The notes: generated by a model not told the origin, from the sequence alone. Shown: positions 41,067-56,970, numbered from the stretch's first letter. The stretch: DNA of 64,000 bases from Eledone cirrhosa (GCA_964016885.1 OZ024743.1:308822001-308886000); one strand, 5' to 3'. Numbers and translations: made by a program.

Positions 41067-41745
41067 TCTGCTACCTAGGTGACCGAATTAGCAGCGGAGG
41101 TGGGTGTTCAGAAAGTACAATAACTAGGGTAAGAACGGGATGGAAGAAGTTTAGGGAACTACTACCACTGCTAGCTGCAAAAAGCTTCTCCCTCAGAATG
41201 AAAGGCGTGTATCCGAACAACAATGTTACATGGTAGTGAGACCTGGGCGTTGAAGGTGGAAGACTTACGTAGATTAGAGAGAAACGAAGCCTGCATGCTC
41301 CGATGGATGTGTAACAGTAATATACGTGAACGACAAAGCATAAATGAATTGAGAGAGAGACTGAGCATAAGAGGAATCAAATGCTGTGTGCAAGAGAGGT
41401 GGTTGCGCTGGTATGGACATGTGATGCATATGAAGGATGACAGCTGCATAAAAAGGTGCAGAGCACTAGAAGTCGATGGAACCCGCGGAGTGGGGAGACT
41501 CAAGATGACCTGGGATGAGGTGATAAAAGCCGACCTTACCCAATTACACCTCTCAAAGGCAATGACACACGACCGTGACCTCTGGCGTCACGCAGTAATA
41601 CAGAGTACCCGACCTCCCATGGGTACAAGCTGAAGCATATAGACAATATGCCCCCACACCCCCCACCGCAAGGTGGTCGTGGAGGTGCCACCGCAAAAAC
41701 GCACCCAGCCCACACTGTAAAGTGGACGTGTGGGCGCCACGAAAA
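41067..41745 (+). mobile_element. RTE family A fragment, truncated at both ends
   Basis: CYLGD..PPMGTS*. The 3'UTR stops at a TA microsatellite. Confidence 0.93.
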
Positions 41746-41802
41746 TATGTATATATAATATATATATATATAATATATATATATAATATATATATATATA
41801 AT

Positions 41803-41834
<32 letters not shown>

Positions 41835-41836
41835 AT

Positions 41837-41868
<32 letters not shown>

Positions 41869-41991
41869 ATATATATATATATAATATATATAATATATAT
41901 ATATATATATAATATATATATAATATATATATATATAATACATATATATATATATATATAATATATATATATATATATAATACATATATAT

Positions 41992-42044
<53 letters not shown>

Positions 42045-42072
42045 ATATATATATATATAATACATATATATA

Positions 42073-43155
42073 TAAGAACATAGATTTTACATGTGGCCGG
42101 TGCTCTGGTGCAATAAGTAGCAGCAAGTGCCCACAAACTACTAGCTCTTTCAATTGCGCAGAGGGTTCTATAGAAATAGTGGACAGCTTCCGTTACCTGG
42201 GCGATAAAATCAGCAGTGGGGGAGGGTGCTCTGAAAGTACTGTAGCTAGAGTCAGAACTGGTTGGAAAAAGTTCAGAGAGCTTATACCACTATTAGCTGC
42301 TAAAGGGTTCTCACTAAAAATGAAAGGCAGGTTGTACGATGCCTGCATACGAACAGCAATGCTGCATGGCAGTGAGACCTGGGCATTGTGTGCAGAGGAT
42401 ATACGCAGACTAGAGAGGAACGAAGCTTGCATGCTCCGCTGGATGTGTAACAGTAATATACGTGAACGGCAAAGCATAAACGAACTAAGGAATAAATTAG
42501 AGATAAGAGGGATCAGATGTTGTTTACTCGAGAGAAGGCTACGTTGGTATGGACACGTGATGCGCATGAAAGTCGATAGCTGTATAACAAAGTGCAGGGC
42601 AATAAAGATAGACGGTAGTCACGGAATAGGCAGACCTAGAAAAACCTGGGACGAGCTGATAAACTCCGACATCACACACTTACACCTCTCCAAGACAATG
42701 TCACTGGACCGAGACCTTTGGCGGTACTCAGTAACAGAGAAGACCCGCCTTACCTAAATATATAGTAAAACCTACTCCAGCCAGTAGGCATCTCTAACAA
42801 AATACACCCCGTCCCACCACCCCCACCCCCACTCGATCCACACCACCCCGTTCTATGTAAAGTTATGTTGGTGCCGCGCCATCGAGGCCGAAACAAATGA
42901 GATCGTGTAGGTGTCACGACAAAAAAACACACAGTCCACGCTGTAATGTGGCCGTGTAGGCAACACGGTAAAAACCTCCCAGACCCACACTGTAAATGTG
43001 GTTGGTGTTAGGAAGGGCATCCAACTGTAGAAAACCTGCCAGACAGTCCTATGCGAGCAAGACAATCACTCTTGCTTCAAGTGGGACTACCCCCGTCCAA
43101 ACCCATGCAAGCGTGGAACACGGACGTTAAACGTTGATGATGATGATGATGATGA
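42073..43155 (+). mobile_element. RTE family B 3' fragment
   Basis: Nearly identical to 55268-56340. Confidence 0.97.
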
Positions 43156-43351
43156 TATATATATATAATACATATATATATATATATATATAATACATAT
43201 ATATATATATATAATACATATATATATATATATATAATACATATATATATATATATATAATACATATATATATATATATATATAATACATATATATATAT
43301 ATATATATAATACATATATATATATATAATACATATATATATATATATATA

Positions 43352-43385
<34 letters not shown>

Positions 43386-43451
43386 CATGTATATATAGAT
43401 ATAATACATATATATATAGATATATATATTAATACATATATATGTATTATA

Positions 43452-44141
43452 TATCATCATCATCATCAACGTTTAACGTCCGTGTTCCACGCTTGCATGG
43501 GTTTGGACGGGGGTTTTCCCACTCGAGGCAAGAGTGATTGTCTTGCTCGCATAGGACTGTCTGGCTTGTTTTCTACAGCTGGATGCCCTTCCTAACACCA
43601 ACCACATTTACAATGTGGGACTGGGAGGTTTTTACCGTGTTGCCTACACGGCCACATTACAGCGTGGACTGTGTGTTTTTTTTGTCGTGACACCTACACG
43701 ATCTCATTTGTTTCGGCCTGGATGTTGTGGCACCAACATAACTTTACATTGAAAGGGGCGGTGTAGATGGGGTGAGGGGTGGGTGGGGGCTTTGTTAGAG
43801 ATGCCTACTGACTGCAGTAGGTTTTACTTTGTATTTCAGGTAAGGCGGGTCTTCTCTATTACTGAGTACCGCCAAAGATCTCGGTCCAGTGACATTGTCT
43901 TGGAGAGGTGTAAGTGTGTGAGGTCGGAATTTATCAGGTCGTCCCAGGTTTTTCTGGGTCTGCCTACTCTGTAGCTACCGTCTATGTTTATTGCCCTGCA
44001 CTTTGTTATACAGCTGTCGTCTTTCATGCGCATCACGTGACCATACCAACGTAGCCTTCTCTCGAGTAAACAACATCTGATCCCTTTTATTTCTAATTTT
44101 TTCCTTAGTTCGCTTATGCTTTGCCGTTCACGTATGTTACT
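43452..44141 (-). mobile_element. RTE family B 3' fragment (diverged subfamily)
   Basis: Reverse-complement ORF end and 3'UTR. Confidence 0.95.
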
Positions 44142-46305
<2,164 letters not shown>

Positions 46306-49134
46306 AAAAAACGTGACAATCACCTGATCACCTATAGATCCGGGGAACACACAAGCCAGGTAGATTATATCCTTACCAGAAGACGTGACAGAGTGTCTGT
46401 TGTAAACACTAAATCCCTCCCCCATGAAGAATGCACCTCCCAACATAGACTGATAATTAGCGACCTCATAGTCAGGACGAGACGTACTCGACAGCAGAAG
46501 AGGACTATCCTCAGGAGGAAAATATGGAAACTAAAGGACCCCACAGCCAGAAATAAATTTCAAAGCATATTACTTGATGCTTTCGACAGTAAGGAAGAGC
46601 ATCTAGAATCGGACAATATAGAGGGACAGTGGAATTTCTGAAAGCAAACCTGCTGTTGGCGACAGACGAAGTCTGTGGCTGGAGCAGGCCTGTAGGCAGG
46701 AGGAGAGTAACATGGTGGTGGAACAGTAGGGTGGAGGGGTCAATTAAGGCCAAAAAGCAGGCTTGGAAAGTATGGCGGGATGGGGGAAGTAGAGTAGACT
46801 ATCAAGTGGCCAGGAGGGAAGCTAGGAGAGAAGTGTACTTAGCAAGAAGGGAAGCTGAGGAAAGAAAGTTCAAGCATGTTCTACAACGCGATGACCAAAA
46901 ACGTGAGGTGTTCAGGATTGCCAGGCAATGCGTCAAGGAAAACCGTGATATTGTCGGGGAGAAGTGTGTACTTAACGATGATGGCATACTTGCCATCACC
47001 GACACTGATAAGAAGGTAGCTTGGAAGTGTCACTATGAAAGGCTACTAAATGAGGAGAATAAATGGGAGAAAGACAGTCTCCCCCATATCGACCCAATAG
47101 AGGGACCAGCAGTGTTAGTCGAGGGGAGTATAATAAGTAAGGCAATCAAGGATATGAAGACTGGTAAGGCGGCTGGGCCTTCGGAAATAGTTGCTGAGAT
47201 GCTGAAGGCATCTGGCACGGTGGGACACACCATGCGCATAGTTAACCAAGTCGTACAGAATGGGGTTGTTCCGAAGGACTGGCATAGCAGCATCATCGTT
47301 AACTGTTATAAGGGTAAAGGAGACGCCCTAGATAGGAGTAACTATAGAGGCATTAAATTAATCGACCAGGTCATGAAGGTCACGGAAAAAGTAATAGCGC
47401 AACTAATCAGAGAGAGAATTGATCTAGATGAAATGCAGTTCGGGTTTGTGTCAGGCAAAAGCACCACAGACGCTCTTTTCATAGTACGACAACTACAGGA
47501 GAAGTACCTAGCTAAAGGTAAACCCCTCTACTTAGCTTTTGTCGACCTGGAGAAAGCCTTCGACAGAGTCCCCCGCTCCATTATCTGGTGGGCTCTTAGA
47601 AAACTAGGCGTTGACGAATGGCTTGTGAGGGCTATACAAGCCATGTATAAAGAAACAGTCAGCAAGGTTAGAATTAACAACGAATATAGTGAAGAGTTTA
47701 GCGTAAAAGTTGGCGTCCATCAGGGCTCTGTCCTCAGCCCCCTACTATTTATTATTGCCCTTCAGGCTATAACAGAGGAGTTCAAGACAGGCTGCCCATG
47801 GGAACTTCTATACGCAGACGACCTGACACTCATAGCGGAATCAATGGCCGAGCTAGAGAAGAAATTCCAAACATGGAAGCACGGCCTAGAGTCAAAAGGA
47901 CTTAAAATTAACCTGGCTAAGACCAAAGTTCTAGTTTGTAGGAAAGAAAACAAGGCGGCGGTCCCTTCTGGGAAATGGTCGTGCTCGGTATGTAGGAAAG
48001 GCGTAGGTAGAAACTCCATCTTATGTCCTAAATGCAAAGTATGGGTGCATAAAAGATGTAGTGGGATCACAGGTAAGCTAACTAAGAACATAGACTTTAC
48101 ATGTGGCCGGTGTTCTGGTGCAATAAGTAGCAGCAAGTGCCCACAAAATACTAGCTCTTTCAATTGCGCAGAGGGTTCTATAGAAATAGTGGACAGCTTC
48201 CGTTACCTGGGCGATAAAATCAGCAGTGGGGGAGGGTGCTCTGAAAGTACTGTAGCTAGAGTCAGAACTGGTTGGAAAAAGTTCAGAGAGCTTATACCAC
48301 TATTAGCTGCTAAAGGGTTCTCCCTAAAAATGAAAGGCAGGTTGTACGATGCCTGCATACGAACAGCAATGTTGCATGGTAGTGAGACCTGGGCATTGTG
48401 TGCAGAGGATATATGCAGACTAGAGAGGAACGAAGCTTGCATGCTCCGCTGGATGTGTAACAGTAATATACGTGAACAGCAAAGCATAAACGAACTAAGG
48501 AAAAAATTAGAGATAAGAGGGATCAGATGTTGTTTACTCGAGAGAAGGCTGCGTTGGTATGGACACGTGATGCGCATGAAAGTCGATAGCTGTATTACAA
48601 AGTGCAGGGCAATAAAGATAGACGGTAGCCACGGAATAGGCAGACCTAGAAAAACATGGGATGAGCTGATAAACTCCGACCTCACACACTTACACCTCTC
48701 CAAGACAATGTCACTGGACCGTGACCTTTGGCGGTACTCAGTAACAGAGAAGACCCGCCTTGCCAGTAGGCATCTCTAACAAAATACACCCCGTCCCGCC
48801 ACCACCCCCACCCCATCCACACCACCCCGTTCTATGTAAAGTTATGTTGGTGCCGCGCCATCGAGGCCGAAACAAATGAGATCGTGTAGGTGTCACGACA
48901 AAAAAAACACACAGTCCACGCTGTAATGTGGCCGTGTAGGCAACACGGTAAAAACCTCCCAGACCCACACTGTAAATGTGGTTGGTGTTAGGAAGGGCAT
49001 CCAACTGTAGAAAACCTGCCAGACAGTCCTATGCGAGCAAGACAATCACTCTTGCCTCAAGTGGGACTACCCCCGTCCAAACCCATGCAAGCGTGGAACA
49101 CGGACGTTAAACGTTGATGATGATGATGATGATG
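46306..49134 (+). mobile_element. RTE family B, 5'-truncated within the APE endonuclease, disabled
   Basis: HLITYRSG..SQVDYIL..SQHRLI, then the full RT. Relative to the 53541 copy it has a 1-nt deletion near 46630, a 6-nt deletion near 47233 and a ~30-nt deletion over the stop near 48761. Confidence 0.97.
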
Positions 49135-49386
49135 AATACATATATATATATATATATATATAATACATATATATATGTATATAATACATATATATATATA
49201 TATATAATACATATATATATAGATATATAATACATATATATATAGATATATAATACATATATATACATAGATATATAATACATATATATATATAGATATA
49301 TAATACATATATATATATAGATATATAATACATATATATATATAGATATATAATACATATATATATATAGATATATAATACATATA

Positions 49387-50058
49387 TCATCATCATCATC
49401 ATCATCATCAACGTTTAACGTCCGTGTTCCACGCTTGCATGGGTTTGGACGGGGGTAGTCCCACTTGAGGCAAGAGTGATTGTCTTGCTCGCATAGGACT
49501 GTCTGGCAGGTTTTCTACAGTTGGATGCCCTTCCTAACACCAACCACATTTACAGTGTGGGTCTGGGAGGTTTTCACCGTGTTGCCTACACGGCCACATT
49601 ACAGCGTGGACTGTGTGTTTTTTTGTCGTGACACCTACACGATCTCATTTGTTTCGGCCTCGATGGCGCGGCACCAACATAACTTTACATAGAACGGGGT
49701 GGTGTGGATCGGGTGGGGGTGGTGGTGGTGGGACGGGGTGTATTTTGTTAGAGATGCCTACTGGCTGGAGTAGGCTTTACTATATATTTAGGTAAGGCGG
49801 GTCTTCTCTGTTACTGAGTACCGCCAAAGGTCTCGGTCCAGTGATATTGTCTTGGAGAGGTGTAAGTGTGTGATGTCGGAGTTTATCAGCTCGTCCCAGG
49901 TTTTTCTAGGTCTGCCTATTCCGTGACTACCGTCTATCTTTATTGCCCTGCACTTTGTTATACAGCTATCGACTTTCATGCGCATCACGTGTCCATACCA
50001 ACGTAGCCTTCTCTCGAGTAAACAACATCTGATCCCTCTTATCTCTAATTTTTTCCTT
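49387..50058 (-). mobile_element. RTE family B 3' fragment
   Basis: Nearly identical to the reverse complement of 55681-56340. Confidence 0.97.
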
Positions 50059-50276
50059 ATATAGATATATAATATATATATATATATAGATATATAATAC
50101 ATATATATATATAGATATATAATACATATATATATATAGATATATAATACATATATATATATAGATATATAATACATATATATATATAGATATATAATAC
50201 ATATATATAATACATATATATAGATATATAATACATATATATATATATATAATACATATATATATATATATAGATA

Positions 50277-50308
<32 letters not shown>

Positions 50309-50309
50309 C

Positions 50310-50340
<31 letters not shown>

Positions 50341-50341
50341 C

Positions 50342-50387
<46 letters not shown>

Positions 50388-50441
50388 CATATATATATAA
50401 TATATATATATATAATACATATATATATATATATATATATA

Positions 50442-50483
<42 letters not shown>

Positions 50484-50562
50484 CATATATATATAATACA
50501 TATATATATATAATACATATATATATACATATATATATAATACATATATATATATATAATAC

Positions 50563-50607
<45 letters not shown>

Positions 50608-50615
50608 TATAATAC

Positions 50616-50663
<48 letters not shown>

Positions 50664-50761
50664 CATATATATATAATACATATATATATATAATACATAT
50701 ATATATACATATATATATAATACATATATATATATATAATACATATATATATATATAATAC

Positions 50762-50796
<35 letters not shown>

Positions 50797-50810
50797 CATA
50801 TATATAATAC

Positions 50811-50892
<82 letters not shown>

Positions 50893-51057
50893 CATATATA
50901 TATAATACATACATATATAATACATATATATATATATATATATATAATGGAACATTTGAACAGGAACAAAACAGGCAGTACAACGAATGTTTATTAATTT
51001 CACGCTCTGGAGAGTGGGGTGGTGGTGATATATATATATATATATATAATACATATA

Positions 51058-51715
51058 TCATCATCATCATTTTACGTCCGCTTTTCCCTGCTTGCAAGGG
51101 TGCGGGCGGATCTTATTCAGCACAGCATCTCTCCACTCGTCACGGTCCCTCGTCATCTCCACCGTGAGCTTCAATGATCTGAGGTCTGTTCTCACCACCT
51201 CCGCCCATGTTTTTCGTGGTCTACCTCTACCACGTCTTCCTTCAACTGGCATTTCCTGGCACTTCTTCACCCATCGGTCATCCTCCATGCGCATCACATG
51301 TCCATACCACCTCAGTCTCCTCTCCCGTACACTACATTCTATCCCTCTCAGACACAGTTTCTCTCTCAACACATTTATGCTGGGTCGTTCACGCACATTT
51401 ACACTGCACATCCAACGGAGCATGCTTGCCTCATTTCTCTCCAGCCGTCGCATATCTTCTGCGGTTGCTGCCCATGTCTCACTACCATGCAGCATCGCGC
51501 TCCTCACACAGGCATCATACAACCGGCCTTTCGTACGCAGGGAGAAACCCTTCTTCGTCAACAGAGGAAGCAGCTCCCTAAACTTCTTCCAACCCGTCCT
51601 TATTCTAGATACTATGGCCTCGGAACACCCTCCTCCCATGCTAATCTGATCTCCTAGGTACCGGAAGCTATCCACCACTTCTATAGCGCCCTCTCGCATT
51701 TGAGAAATGTGTCTA
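51058..51715 (-). mobile_element. RTE family C 3' fragment
   Basis: [27 protein letters not shown]. The ORF runs into the tail stem-loop and stops in (TGA)n. Confidence 0.95.
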
Positions 51716-51747
51716 TATATATGTGTCTATATAAAATGTGTCTATAT

Positions 51748-51792
<45 letters not shown>

Positions 51793-51810
51793 ATATATAT
51801 ATATATATAT

Positions 51811-52358
51811 ATAAAATATTAAACAAATAATGAACAAACAATTCCTTATATTAAACAAAAAAAGTTCACTATTTAACGATCGTTTCTAGGGCATATATGT
51901 GCTATAATTGGTATGCATATTTAACAGATCTATGTACAAAATTATACAAAATTATACAAATTATCAAGATTAAATATACATACCTAACTCATATATACGC
52001 CGTCTTCAGAAATAATTCAGATTATTTCTGAAGACGGCGTATATATGAGTTAGGTATGTATATTTAATCTTGATAATTTGTATAATTTTGTATAATTTTG
52101 TACATAGATCTGTTAAATATGCATACCAATTATAGCACATATATGCCCTAGAAACGATCGTTAAATAGTGAACTTTTTTTGTTTAATATAAGGAATTGTT
52201 TGTTCATTATTTGTTTAATATTTTATCTTGACTCTGTATACCGTTTATCTTTCACCGAAATTGGATTTTCATTACATCTCTTCTTTCCATGATATCCGGA
52301 ATACATTGAGTTCTTCATACGGATTGGACACTACCGTAAACTCTTGGTAGATTTATCT
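51811..52358. mobile_element. Fold-back Penelope-like pseudo-LTR (206-bp perfect inverted arms plus ~130-bp unique tail)
   Basis: Arms 51811-52016 and 52021-52226 with spacer TCAG. Contains a hammerhead-like core and is flanked by (TA)n. Confidence 0.7.
52021..52169 (+). ncRNA. Candidate type I hammerhead ribozyme (mirror copy on the minus strand, 51868-52016)
   Basis: Helix I ATTATTT/AAATAGT, CTGAAGA, long helix II, then GAAA-C-GATC-G-TT. The base of helix II is non-canonical. Confidence 0.55.
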
Positions 52359-52360
52359 AC

Positions 52361-52415
<55 letters not shown>

Positions 52416-52555
52416 TATATATATAATACATATATATATATATATATATACATATATATAATACATATATATAATACATATATATATTATATATATATAT
52501 ATATATAATACATATATATATATATATATAATATATATATATATATAATATATAT

Positions 52556-52587
<32 letters not shown>

Positions 52588-52635
52588 ATACATATATATA
52601 TATATATAATATATATATATATATACATATAATAT

Positions 52636-52667
<32 letters not shown>

Positions 52668-52675
52668 ATACATAT

Positions 52676-52707
<32 letters not shown>

Positions 52708-52831
52708 ATACATATATATATATATAATATATATATATATATATAATACATATATATATATATATAATATATATATATATATATAATACATATATATATA
52801 TATAATATATATATATATATATAATACATAT

Positions 52832-52865
<34 letters not shown>

Positions 52866-52873
52866 ATACATAT

Positions 52874-52907
<34 letters not shown>

Positions 52908-52917
52908 CAATACATAT

Positions 52918-52951
<34 letters not shown>

Positions 52952-52959
52952 ATACATAT

Positions 52960-52997
<38 letters not shown>

Positions 52998-53005
52998 ATA
53001 CATAT

Positions 53006-53041
<36 letters not shown>

Positions 53042-53153
53042 ATACATATATATATATATAATATATATATATATATAATACATATATATATATATAATAT
53101 ATATATATATATAATACATATATATATATATAATATATATATATAATACATAT

Positions 53154-53187
<34 letters not shown>

Positions 53188-53214
53188 ATACATATATATA
53201 TATATAATATATAT

Positions 53215-53246
<32 letters not shown>

Positions 53247-53254
53247 ATACATAT

Positions 53255-53309
<55 letters not shown>

Positions 53310-53333
53310 CATATATATATATATAATACATAT

Positions 53334-53380
<47 letters not shown>

Positions 53381-53394
53381 CATATATATATATA

Positions 53395-53432
<38 letters not shown>

Positions 53433-53458
53433 CATATATATATATATATAATACATAT

Positions 53459-53505
<47 letters not shown>

Positions 53506-53510
53506 CATAT

Positions 53511-53540
<30 letters not shown>

Positions 53541-53561
<21 letters not shown>

Positions 53562-56340
53562 CGTGACAGAGTGTCTGTTGTTAACACTAAATCCCTCCCC
53601 CATGAAGAATGCACCTCCCAACATAGACTGATAATTAGCGACCTCATAGTCAGGACGAGACGTACTCGACAACAGAAGAGGACTATCCTCAGGAGGAAAA
53701 TATGGAAGCTAAAGGACCCCACAGCCAGGAATAAATTTCAAAGCATATTACTTGATGCTTTCGACAGTAAGGAAGAACATTTAGAGTCGGACAATATAGA
53801 GGGAGAGTGGGAATTTCTGAAAGCAAACCTGCTGTTGGCGACAGACGAGGTCTGTGGCTGGAGCAGGCCTGTAGGCAGGAGGAGAGTAACATGGTGGTGG
53901 AACAGTAAGGTGGAGGGGTCAATTAAGGCCAAAAAGCAGGCTTGGAAAGTATGGCGGGATGGGGGAAGTAGAGAGGACTATCAAGTGGCCAGGAGGGAAG
54001 CTAGGAGACAAGTGTACTTAGCAAGAAGGGAAGCTGAGGAAAGAAAGTTCAAGCATGTTCTACAACGCGATGACCAAAAACGTGAGGTGTTCAGGATTGC
54101 TAGGCAATGCGTCAAGGAAAACCGTGATATTGTCGGGGAGAAGTGTGTACTAAACGACGATGGCACACTTGCCATCACCGACGCTGATAAGAAGGTAGCT
54201 TGGAAGTGTCACTATGAAAGGCTACTAAATGAGGAGAATAATTGGGAGAAAGGCAGTCTCCCCCATATCGACCCAATAGAGGGACCAGCAGTGTTAGTCG
54301 AGGGGAGTATAATAAGTAAGGCAATCAAGGATATGAAGACTGGTAAGGCGGCTGGGCCTTCGGAAATAGTTGCTGAGATGCTGAAGGCATCTGGCACGGT
54401 GGGACACACCATGGTCACCCGCATAGTTAACCAAGTCGTACAGAATGGGGTTGTTCCGAAGGACTGGCATAGCAGCATCATCGTTAACTGTTATAAGGGT
54501 AAAGGAGACGCCCTAGATAGGAGTAACTATAGAGGCATTAAATTAATCGACCAGGTCATGAAGGTCACGGAAAAAGTAATAGCGCAACTAATCAGAGAGA
54601 GAATTGACCTAGATGAAATGCAGTTCGGGTTTGTGTCAGGCAAAAGTACCACAGACGCTCTTTTCATAGTACGACAACTACAGGAGAAGTACCTAGCTAA
54701 AGGTAAACCCCTCTACTTAGCTTTTGTCGACTTGGAGAAAGCCTTCGACAGAGTCCCCCGCTCCATTATCTGGTGGGCTCTTAGAAAACTAGGCGTTGAC
54801 GAATGGCTTGTGAGGGCTATACAAGCCATGTATAAAGAAACAGTCAGCAAGGTTAGAATTAACAACGAATATAGTGAAGAGTTTAGCGTAAAAGTTGGCG
54901 TCCATCAGGGCTCTGTTCTCAGTCCACTACTATTTATTATTGCCCTTCAGGCTATAACAGAGGAGTTCAAGACAGGCTGCCCATGGGAACTCCTATACGC
55001 AGACGACCTGACACTCATAGCGGAATCAATGGCCGAGCTAGAGAAGAAATTCCAAACATGGAAGCACGGCCTAGAGTCAAAAGGACTTAAAATTAACCTG
55101 GCTAAGACCAAAGTACTAGTTTGTAGGAAAGAAAACAAGGCGGCGGTCCCTTCTGGGAAATGGTCGTGCTCGGTGTGTAGGAAAGGCGTAGGTAGAAACT
55201 CCATTTTATGTCCTAAATGCAAAGTATGGGTGCATAAAAGATGTAGTGGGATCACAGGTAAGCTAACTAAGAACATAGATTTTACATGTGGCCGGTGCTC
55301 TGGTGCAATAAGTAGCAGCAAGTGCCCACAAACTACTAGCTCTTTCAATTGCGCAGAGGGTTCTATAGAAATAGTGGACAGCTTCCGTTACCTGGGCGAT
55401 AAAATCAGCAGTGGGGGAGGGTGCTCTGAAAGTACTGTAGCTAGAGTCAGAACTGGTTGGAAAAAGTTCAGAGAGCTTATACCACTATTAGCTGCTAAAG
55501 GGTTCTCACTAAAAATGAAAGGCAGGTTGTACGATGCCTGCATACGAACAGCAATGCTGCATGGCAGTGAGACCTGGGCATTGTGTGCAGAGGATATACG
55601 CAGACTAGAGAGGAACGAAGCTTGCATACTCCGCTGGATGTGTAACAGTAATATACGTGAACGGCAAAGCATAAACGAACTAAGGAAAAAATTAGAGATA
55701 AGAGGGATCAGATGTTGTTTACTCGAGAGAAGGCTACGTTGGTATGGACACGTGATGCGCATGAAAGTCGATAGCTGTATAACAAAGTGCAGGGCAATAA
55801 AGATAGACGGTAGTCACGGAATAGGCAGACCTAGAAAAACCTGGGACGAGCTGATAAACTCCGACATCACACACTTACACCTCTCCAAGACAATGTCACT
55901 GGACCGAGACCTTTGGCGGTACTCAGTAACAGAGAAGACCCGCCTTACCTAAATATATAGTAAAACCTACTCCAGCCAGTAGGCATCTCTAACAAAATAC
56001 ACCCCGTCCCACCACCACCACCCCCATCCGATCCACACCACCCCGTTCTATGTAAAGTTATGTTGGTGCCGCGCCATCGAGGCCGAAACAAATGAGATCG
56101 TGTAGGTGTCACGACAAAAAAACACACAGTCCACGCTGTAATGTGGCCGTGTAGGCAACACGGTAAAAACCTCCCAGACCCACACTGTAAATGTGGTTGG
56201 TGTTAGGAAGGGCATCCAACTGTAGAAAACCTGCCAGACAGTCCTATGCGAGCAAGACAATCACTCTTGCCTCAAGTGGGACTACCCCCGTCCAAACCCA
56301 TGCAAGCGTGGAACACGGACGTTAAACGTTGATGATGATG
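53541..56340 (+). mobile_element. RTE family B, 5'-truncated in the endonuclease, remaining ORF intact (young)
   Basis: Uninterrupted frame of about 800 codons to 55952 with all RT motifs and the C4HC3 insert. 3'UTR and (TGA)n tail. Confidence 0.98.
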
Positions 56341-56385
56341 AATACATATATATATATATAATATATATATATATAATACATATAT

Positions 56386-56658
56386 ATCCAGGCCGAAACA
56401 AATGAGATCGTGTAGGTGTCACGACAAAAAAACACACAGTCCACGCTGTAATGTGGCCGTGTAGGCAACACGGTAAAAACCTCCCAGACCCACACTGTAA
56501 ATGTGGTTGGTGTTAGGAAGGGCATCCAACTGTAGAAAACCTGCCAGACAGTCCTATGCGAGCAAGACAATCACTCTTGCCTCAAGTGGGACTACCCCCG
56601 TCCAAACCCATGCAAGCGTGGAACACGGACGTTAAACGTTGATGATGATGATGATGAT
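56386..56658 (+). mobile_element. RTE family B 3'UTR-only copy, in tandem
   Basis: Near-identical to 56076-56340. Confidence 0.95.
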
Positions 56659-56745
56659 ATCTATAATACATATATATATATATAATATATATATATATGA
56701 TACATATATTTATATATATATATATAATACATATATATATATAAT

Positions 56746-56793
<48 letters not shown>

Positions 56794-56889
56794 TATATAT
56801 AATACATATATATATATAATATATATATATATAATACATATATATATATAATATATATATATAATATATATATATATAAGATATATATT

Positions 56890-56923
<34 letters not shown>

Positions 56924-56938
56924 AGATATATATAATAC

Positions 56939-56970
<32 letters not shown>

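Noticed and set aside
53571-55952. 793-aa ORF as an autonomous active LINE or a bacterial-type RT (retron, group II intron, DGR)
   Set aside because: The motifs are RTE non-LTR type. The copy is 5'-truncated, lacks most of the endonuclease, and its GTG start is an artefact.
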